From Ramazzottius varieornatus (lineage: Eukaryota > Animalia > Tardigrada), in assembly GCA_001949185.1 (NCBI GenBank), contig BDGG01000003.1:4199158-4263157 (forward strand): a stretch of DNA of 64,000 nt. The letters run 5' to 3'. Positions within the stretch are counted from its first letter, which is position 1. Each line of letters starts with the position of its first letter. The position numbers and the translations under genes are program-made. The notes below the pieces were generated by a model. That model was given only the letters and a program-made list of their open reading frames with translations, did not search any database and was not told where the DNA came from. Below, one piece after another: positions 57,401-64,000 of the stretch.

Positions 57401-60400
57401 CTCTGCATTGCTAATAATGTGCTTCAGCGAACTCGGCAGACTTCCATCCATCACTAGAAAACAAAATCCAGAAAAATCAGCAATAGTTGAATACTCACAT
57501 TCCGAATTCTTGCAGCCGGAAGTTTACAAATTTTAGAAGTCTAAGAGATGTCTTCATTAATACCAAAGGAGGCGCAGTGAAGTTGCGCACCCTTAACGAT
57601 GATTTGAAGTTTAGTCTCGCACCGAATTCGAGCGACAAGAGCGCGAAGCTCAAACCGCAGATACCGCGGTGCGTGAGTTCTAAAACAGACAAAGTTGAAC
57701 GGAGAACTTACGGTGGCGGATGGAATCAGTGAAGGTCACATCTGGGATGATCTTTTTGAAGAAGTTCAAGATGGACTTAAGAAGCGCTGCGCGTTGGGGG
57801 AAGCACTGCACTTCAGTGTTGGTATTCTTCGGCGTCGTCTCCATCGTAATCGTTTCCTGGTTCGAATTCCCCGGTTCGACGTCCATGCTGGTCGTGTTGT
57901 GGGAACCGGAAGTGCTTTCCTCACCTTCGGTGGAAGACTTGTCTTCGTGGAGGACATTTGGTTGTTCTTTGCGACAAATGTCCACTTCATGCTGAAACAA
58001 GAGCAAAGGTGAATTTCACACAAACTTCTGTTGAGTTATGAATTACCTGTATCCATTAATACCAAAGGAGACGCAGCGAAATTACGAAACCTTAACGATG
58101 ATTTGGAAAGATACTCTAGCACCGATTTCGAGCGACAAAAGCATGATCCCCAGCCGCAGATACCACGATGCATAATATTTGGGAGCTGGGCAAGCAAACT
58201 AATAATATCGTTTCCTCAAGTGGCACACGTTTTCTGTGCTCTAGTCTGAAAGCATGCGCCACTTGGAGAAACAAACTCATTTAGCTCGTTTGCCTAGATC
58301 ACAGTTGTCATCCCCTCAACCTAACACAACTTTCACCGACTTACCTCCAAGCGTTTCGTGAAGACCGAAAGGCCGTTTTGGTTCTGGAAGGAAGCCATGT
58401 CCATGTTGGTGATGAGATCGATCACCCGGACAGCCCGTGTCACAAACTATAAACGACGAAGTATGTGCAGCAACCGGAAATGAGGTTGAGTTATGAGCGA
58501 AATGAGCCCTACTTACTGTGATGTTTTCTTCGGTCGTGTCATACCAATTGACCACCTTCAACATCGATTCCATCATGCCACAGGAGACGAGTGCCTCTCC
58601 GCCCGACTCGTAACTAGCCATGTGGTACAGAAATGAGAAGATGGCAGTCGCGTACTGCGCCGGAAAGTTCTCCCGTCGGTTCTCAGTCAGAGCTTGAATG
58701 CAAGTTCTGACCAGAACCGGAAGAAAGCCGTGGTAAGATGACGAGCTGGTGGCGTCAATGATGTCCATACAACGGGAACCGCGATCGTGATGGACGACTG
58801 CCGTCAGCGTTCGCATGACAGTCGACTTCAAATCCTACAATCGCAACACATAATTGTAAGTGAGAGCTCGGCGAATAAGCTCGACAAGATCGTAGTCTCA
58901 GGTGGCGCAGCCTTCAGCCATTAACACTAGCAACATGCGCCACTTGAAAAACTCGACCAGACTGTTTCCCCAAGTGACGCATATTTTCAATGCTACTGGC
59001 TGAGAGCGTGCGCCACCTGGAAAACGATCTGTTCGAGGTTCCACGTAGTATCCTACCAAAACACGTCGGAGAAAGTCCTCTTCTGAACAGAAAAAAACTA
59101 ACTTACCAGAAGAGAGTTGGACTTCAGCTGCAAGACGTCGACGAGCTCCTCCACGAGCCCACTGTAGATGTAGGAAGTGACGTTATCGGGAACATGGCTC
59201 GTGTAAGCAAGAATGGCCAGTGCCAGAAGACGGGAATGAACACTTGAAAGCCTTTCTTTGTAGTCAGCGAACGAGTAGGCCAGTCGAAGATGGAAGTACA
59301 GAGGAATCTAAAGCAAAACCTCAGTAAACACACCATCGAAAGAAACTGGGGTATTCACAAAGATTCTACCTGTTTGCTTTCCGGTACGTTGTATTCCCGA
59401 ACAAGGTCTCGCATGATTTCTGGGACCGTTTTGAACTTCAACTTTTCGACATTTTCAAGATGGATGACATTGGTGACGGATCGTTTGGCACCGTTCTCAT
59501 CTTCAATTTCTTGTTCGGAGAAGAATTCGAAGTGAACCGTGGTAGCGGTGGCAGGGAACGCGTCCAAGGGGACATCTTCACAGCACTTGGCCAAGCCAAA
59601 TCCGTTCACTTTGCCTCCCCAAGTCTAAAATTACAATCAATAAAATCCTCTAGGCTATTATGAGATGCAACCGGAAATAATAACACGATGAATAAACAGC
59701 AATGGTAATGACCTCAGCTAGGAGTTGTAGACGCAAAAACAGCCCCTTGATGTTATCCTCTTTCAAACGTGTCAGGAAGCTCGACCGCTTACTGAAAGTA
59801 GACAAGAGTATGATGTAAACAGGATGGGAAACAAGTCGGAAGTGTCGACACCAATAAACTTCAAGTAAATTTCAAGTGCACTATGGGAAGTACTGTATTC
59901 GCAGTGGCTTCTTACCTAAATGTGTACAGCAGAGAGAGGACACTCTGGACAATGTTCATATATCGCGAGCTCAGGAGGGCTATGAGGCGATCCATCGAGT
60001 TGTACAGATGTCGGGAGAAGCTGTGTTCGACAAGCAGGGAAGTGAAGCGTAGGATCTCTCGGGTGAGCTGCCGCTTCTGCAAGAACCGTGATGACATCAC
60101 AGAACCGAAATCATAAAGATGTGAGTCAATACAGCACCGCGCACGAATGTCGAAGAAGAAGCATGTTAGATGGTACGGCGCAAGAGAGTAATGCTGTGAA
60201 CTAACCGTAGCGGCATCTTGGGAGTTGGGGACATCGCAAGCGAGCATCCATTCGGTCGATTCCGTCGCTGACGCAAGGATTTCGTCAAACCTGTTCAATA
60301 CTTCCGTCCAATGGAAGAGCTCACACTGCATAAAATAAAAATTTTGATCTTCATAGACTAGAAGGCAATGAAACCAGCAAGGACAGTATTATTAGGAAAC

Positions 60401-60671
60401 TCACCTTGCTGGCATTCCAAGATCTGAATTCCTGAAGTGTACCAAGAAGCGTCTTCTCTTCTGAAGAGGCTGCCAGAATCGTAAGTATCAGATTCTTAGT
60501 GTCCTGTGGCTGCAGGGACAACCATTTTAGATTCAACACTGTGTCGGAAACTTGTGTTTTGACTTCGGTTGTCGAATCATCTTTATGATATCAAGACTGA
60601 GAATCAATCGTCTGGCATCAACGTACCGGATCAGCTGGGACTTTCTTGACTTTCCCTCGATCAATCTTCAT
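39475..60671 (-). CDS. HUWE1: HECT E3 ubiquitin ligase HUWE1, many exons
   Basis: Start [15 protein letters not shown] (ATG 60671); [14 protein letters not shown]; armadillo-like repeats; UBA ([15 protein letters not shown]); UIM ([12 protein letters not shown]); WWE; acidic tract; UBMs ([25 protein letters not shown]); HECT ([22 protein letters not shown]|[16 protein letters not shown] stop). Confidence 0.97.
46130..46258 (-). ncRNA. Candidate intronic H/ACA snoRNA
   Basis: Sense to HUWE1: hairpin GGCATAA..CGCCAGA/TCTGGCG..TTATGCC, variant hinge AGATTG, second hairpin GAAGG..TCGGC..CTGCA/TGCAG..GTCGG..CCTTC, then ACA plus 3 nt. H box is non-canonical. Confidence 0.5.
47921..48084. repeat. 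Tandem pair of intronic palindrome family B units
   Basis: ACGCTCCTGCATAC-N30-GTATTCAGGAGCAT and ATGCACCTGAATAC-N31-GTATGCAGGTGCGA in one HUWE1 intron. Confidence 0.85.
48594..48720 (-). ncRNA. Intronic H/ACA snoRNA, family C copy 1
   Basis: GCGCTG...CAGTGC hairpin, H box AAAATA, second hairpin, ACA plus 3 nt; shares ATGTCCCTCG, TTCGAGACCTTTA, CAGTCTCC and CAGAA with the copy at 52268. Confidence 0.65.
50079..50160 (-). pseudogene. Truncated copy of family C snoRNA
   Basis: Retains CAGTGCAAAACTA..ACGGAACAGTCT..ATGTGATTGGCCGCAGAA, but the 5' hairpin is missing and ACA reads ATA. Confidence 0.5.
52268..52394 (-). ncRNA. Intronic H/ACA snoRNA, family C copy 2
   Basis: GCACTG...CAGTGC hairpin, H box AAATTA, hairpin with CCGCC/GGCGG, ACA followed by ATT. 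Confidence 0.7.
57546..57672 (-). ncRNA. H/ACA snoRNA, SNORA8(ACA8)-like, copy 1
   Basis: GCACCG/CGGTGC hairpin, H box AGACTA, CTTCA/TGAAG hairpin, ACA plus TCT; pockets CGGUAUCU+UCG and CAUCGUU+UGGU are complementary to conserved 18S CGA-UC-AGAUACCG and ACCA-UA-AACGAUG. Confidence 0.85.
58045..58171 (-). ncRNA. H/ACA snoRNA, SNORA8(ACA8)-like, copy 2
   Basis: Paralogue in the neighbouring intron: H box AGAGTA, ACA plus GGT, same guide pockets (GGTATCT/TCG; CATCGTT/TGGT) with divergent stems. Confidence 0.85.
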
Positions 60672-61670
60672 CGTGGATGACTAGAGCACAAACCCACATT
60701 AGACACAAAAGTGGCAGAAGTTCAGGAGCAGTATTCTCACCCGACAAGTTTAGATTTCAGAAAGACCTGTTGTCTCCAGAGCACTGGATCGACTTCTTCA
60801 ATGGGATAAGTTGTTCATTCCACCTGCAAGGATACGTTTATGCATCCATACCGAATCGACGGACTTTCACTGATCGAGGAAACGGTATAGCTTGGTGCCA
60901 GGTCAAAAAAGAGAAGTCTGGCTATGATGTGAAGATACGGCATACCTTTGCTTCACGGCAGACTGATCTCCGCCAGTCTGTCTCCACTCACCCAGCTGTA
61001 TCCGGGTCAACCTTGACTTCTTGATCGGCAGAGCTTTGTACCACCCACCCTTACAGTATCCCAGCCTTCCGGTTGGAGTTCAGAGAGCTGGTCAGGGAAC
61101 GAAGTAACCTGACAAAGGTAGATAATCGGCAAATCGGAAATAAGTTTTCGACGGAAATGAATTTTAGTCATCAAGATCTTCGGAGTCCAGAACAGGCAGA
61201 ACAATCAGAGAGACCCCTCTAGTCTGTCTGGAACAGTAATGCCCTGTCATGAGACTACTACCGTTCGACCTTCGTGCGCTGGGTCCAAGCTGAGATTCCA
61301 CTGTATGCCCGGGGTTTTACGGTAAGACTGTGGGACGCCTGAGGGCTGTCAGGGGTTCCTCTTGAATTCCTTACATCCTTTTTGAAAATCTTGGACAGTC
61401 CAGACTCCAGAGGGCCAGTCTACACTCTCCAGAACCTCGCGGTGCTCTTCCGGATCTTACAAATGTGATTGTGTGAACTATTGAAAGGTTCTTCTTTCCT
61501 ATATCAGATGCTTCCCACATTTCTCCATCGTACAAGTACCGCCACGGACGGTAGTTGCTGACAGAAATGAGAAATCTGCCGTTGTCAGAGTCAGCTCGGA
61601 TGCTCCTGTAGGACGAACGCCCCACTCTACGTTCAGCTCGGTGTTTTTCTGGAATCTTCCAGTCCAGCTG

Positions 61671-62156
61671 ATGCCTCAACGGAGCAAACTTCTTTCTAGG
61701 ATCCTGGATGCTTATCCTGGGAAACGGTACTTTGGGATATATCGTCTCCTCCCGATATTCTTTGTTTTCGGGGGGCTGATTGAGGTAACGACAAAGACTC
61801 CTTCACTCTGGTCCCGTAATTACGTTGAAGGACATGGACGTGTTTCGTCACAGTACATTCTGACGAGATTATCTTTTGCAGTTTGCTATGATACACCTGA
61901 ACGTTGGAGACATCAATTTTTGTAAGCACCTGCTCCATGAAGATGGACTGGCAGTGGACTCGTGATGAAACAGTTGAAAATGTCGTTGTGTTTCGCCTCT
62001 TCAGATGATGTCTACATGATGAAGCACCCAGAAGTCGTGGAGCGGATGAATAAGTCCTCCCACTCTGGAACGGTCGAAAAACTACCTCTCAAAGAAAACT
62101 CTTTTCTATCCGAATACGAGAAATATCTGCAGTCGAAGACCCAAACAAGTTCCTGA
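61671..62156 (+). CDS. SMIM4: SMIM4/UQCC5 (sloth1) complex III assembly microprotein, about 101 aa; exons 61671-61784, 61882-61921, 62005-62156
   Basis: Spliced product MPQRSKLLSRILDAYPGKRYFGIYRLLPIFFVFGGLIE|FAMIHLNVGDINF|YDVY matches the SMIM4 signature PGK..FGIYRFLP.FF.LG...E..MI...VG...FY.VY. Confidence 0.9.
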
Positions 62157-62246
62157 ATTGTCCTCCAGATTAACAGTTTTGTAGGGCTTAGGAGTGGCTA
62201 TTGATCATTGCTTCCGGTTGTGCAGCTAAGGTGTTTATGATTCTTC

Positions 62247-62523
62247 ATGATGGCGCTTTCCCCGTTCTACCTGACTTACGCGAAGTTCGCTCTTGCTGCT
62301 TGTCTGTCCGCTGTAGCCGGTGCCCAGTGTGTTCACATGTTCTATCAGCCTTTGAAGCGAGCACCGAAGGAACTGAAAAAGGCAAGTCTACATGGTTACG
62401 TCTGTCTCTGATTGCAACCAGATAGTTCCTGGTGACTACTGACTGCCGATGAGCTCGCTTGTAATGATGTTTATTTCCTTGCAGTTTCCAGCACCGAGCT
62501 CGCCACCCGAACCATCCACATAG
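62247..62523 (+). CDS. UQCC6: BRAWNIN/C12orf73/UQCC6 (sloth2) microprotein, not in the ORF track; probable GC-AG intron 62382-62484
   Basis: MMALSPFYLTYAKFALAACLSAVAGAQCVHMFYQPLK matches the family motif Y.KF...AL.SM.AG.Q.VH.YY.P; AAG|GCAAGT donor and TTTCCTTGCAG acceptor give in-frame FPAPSSPPEPST-stop; the unspliced form stops at 62411. Confidence 0.82.
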
Positions 62524-62746
62524 TTTCTTTGTCCACTGTGTTTACGGAGATGCGGCGAAAGTACTATATCAGACAGAAGTTATGTGTCCTTTCCTGTCCG
62601 CTGATCGCCAGTTTTAAATTTTAGCGAAGCGCCTTGGGTAGATGCTGTAAAGAACCTACGTATAGTGTCTCGTGTTCTTGTCTGAAAAAACTACTTTCGT
62701 ACGGACTTTGAGTTGACTGGAGAATTAACGTGAAAGGACAAGTCTA

Positions 62747-62949
62747 CAGTGTAGGCAAATAAGGTACTCTAAGAGGGGGCAAGGCCAAAATCAACGTGAC
62801 GCAGAAAGCAAACAGCTGATCAAGCTGCAATCCAGAGACGTGAACTGCCGCTTGATCCGCTGATTACTTCGAGCCGGAGTTTCTACGTCACTTGTCGAAA
62901 ACTCGATTTTGGCCCTCCCTCTTTTAGAGTAACTTAATTGCCCACACTG
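62747..62949. mobile_element. Tc1/mariner-type MITE, about 203 bp
   Basis: TA|CAGTGTAGGCAAATAAGGTACTCTAA mirrored by TTAGAGTAACTTAATTGCCCACACTG|TA; inner GGCCAAAATC/GATTTTGGCC and GTGACG/CGTCAC. Confidence 0.8.
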
Positions 62950-63022
62950 TAACATATTTTAGTACGAGTACCTGAAATCTTGAAAAACAACCTTGCGTTT
63001 GTGGTCGATGCGCCGAAAAAGT

Positions 63023-63096
63023 TGGTCCAGCACGGGATCGAACCGTGGACATCCGCGTTATTAGCACGGCGCTCTAACCAACTGAGCTACAAGACC
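63023..63096 (-). tRNA. tRNA-Ile (anticodon AAT)
   Basis: Reverse complement GGTCTTGTAGCTCAGTTGGTTAGAGCGCCGTGCTAATAACGCGGATGTCCACGGTTCGATCCCGTGCTGGACCA; A and B boxes, cloverleaf, TTTTT terminator at 63016-63020. Confidence 0.95.
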
Positions 63097-63529
63097 CCGA
63101 CAATTCTTCTGTCCAACTTAATCTATTGAATTGAAATATGCACGACTCACATAACAGTGGTTGCCATTGTGTCACGTAAGCTGATTGTACTGTAACGCAT
63201 GGCATCACAGCATGATTTGGGATGAGTTTATTGAAATGCTTTATTCGAATTTACCAGGCTATTTCATATTGTTCATAAACCTCTATCATCTTCTGTATAT
63301 GGAAAGAAATTTAAGTAACTACATAAGAAGATGAGCAGCTGAAGACCCGCGGCGTTCTCCGAGACAGTTCACCGGTAGCGGACCCTTGTACAGGCATTAC
63401 ACTCAACCATCAGGAGCAACAAGGAAGTAAATAAATCCATAGTCGAACCACTGTATATGAAAAGTTTTGTAAAAACGTGTTTTTTTACGAGAACGATATC
63501 TTTTCAAACACTCAAAGACCACAAAGAAA

Positions 63530-64000
63530 CTAGCAACTGAAACCGTCCTGGCCCTTGACGATGGACTTCTTCGCAACTTCCTGGCTCGCGTTGGATAGAG
63601 GGTCCAGATCGGAGAACAGGTTGTACCAGGCTTGATGAGGATTTGCTGCGTTCGACTGTAGGACAAGAACCAATCACAATTGGAACGAACAGGAAAACGT
63701 CAATGCGCACGGCGGAAGGCAGCAGTTTTACCTGAGCGTCCTTTTGTTTCTGATGCTCTTTGAAGTTCTTGACCGTCGATTCTGACTTTGTCGACGGTGT
63801 TGACGGTGCTGCCAACGATGCATTCCATCCTCCCTTTTTCAAGAGCTGCGAAGGAAGAAAGGCTCGTAGACCACTCGAAGCACTCTCTTTGGATGCAGAT
63901 TTTTCCGCGGACTCGAACTTGGTCGGCTGAAGGACTTCCCCTCCAAAGAGATCCATGGATCCCTTTTCAGTATCATCGAGTTCGGAGAAGTTGAACAACG
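63530..64000 (-). CDS. ICA1: Islet cell autoantigen 1 (ICA69) C-terminal part; the gene runs off the window
   Basis: AFLPSQLL, and after an intron (about 63658-63731) AWYNLFSDLDPLSN, the conserved ICA69 C-terminal motif; stop TAG 63530-63532. Confidence 0.8.

Overview
Gene-dense, intron-rich eukaryotic (invertebrate animal) genomic DNA with most plain introns about 55-100 nt; the style suggests a compact genome such as a tardigrade (inference, unverified). Left to right: an orphan type-I membrane protein ending 33 nt before UBXN6, a secreted LRR-like protein, a rhodopsin-family GPCR, a decayed two-ORF PIF/Harbinger-superfamily transposon, a cytosolic sulfotransferase, a membrane-anchored GH13 alpha-glucosidase/SLC3A1-like gene, POLR3F, an orphan, a Gly/Tyr-rich secreted protein, an SDCCAG8-like coiled-coil gene, a TFAM-like HMG protein, an AEBP2/Jing-like zinc-finger gene, FGGY kinase, a probably inactive astacin, a 21-kb HUWE1, a tandem SMIM4/BRAWNIN (sloth1/sloth2) pair, tRNA-Ile(AAT) and the 3' end of ICA1. 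The main unexplained structure is non-coding: almost every enlarged intron carries one of two palindromic elements built from short conserved inverted cores at fixed spacing (family A, CAAGTGGCGCAC-N25-GTGCGCCACTTG, about 34 loci; family B, ATGCACCTGCATAC-N30-GTATGCAGGTGCAT with largely unrelated spacers, 8 units). HUWE1 introns also host H/ACA snoRNAs, two of which match SNORA8-type 18S targets. All gene models and counts were made by eye, and exon boundaries are approximate unless stated.
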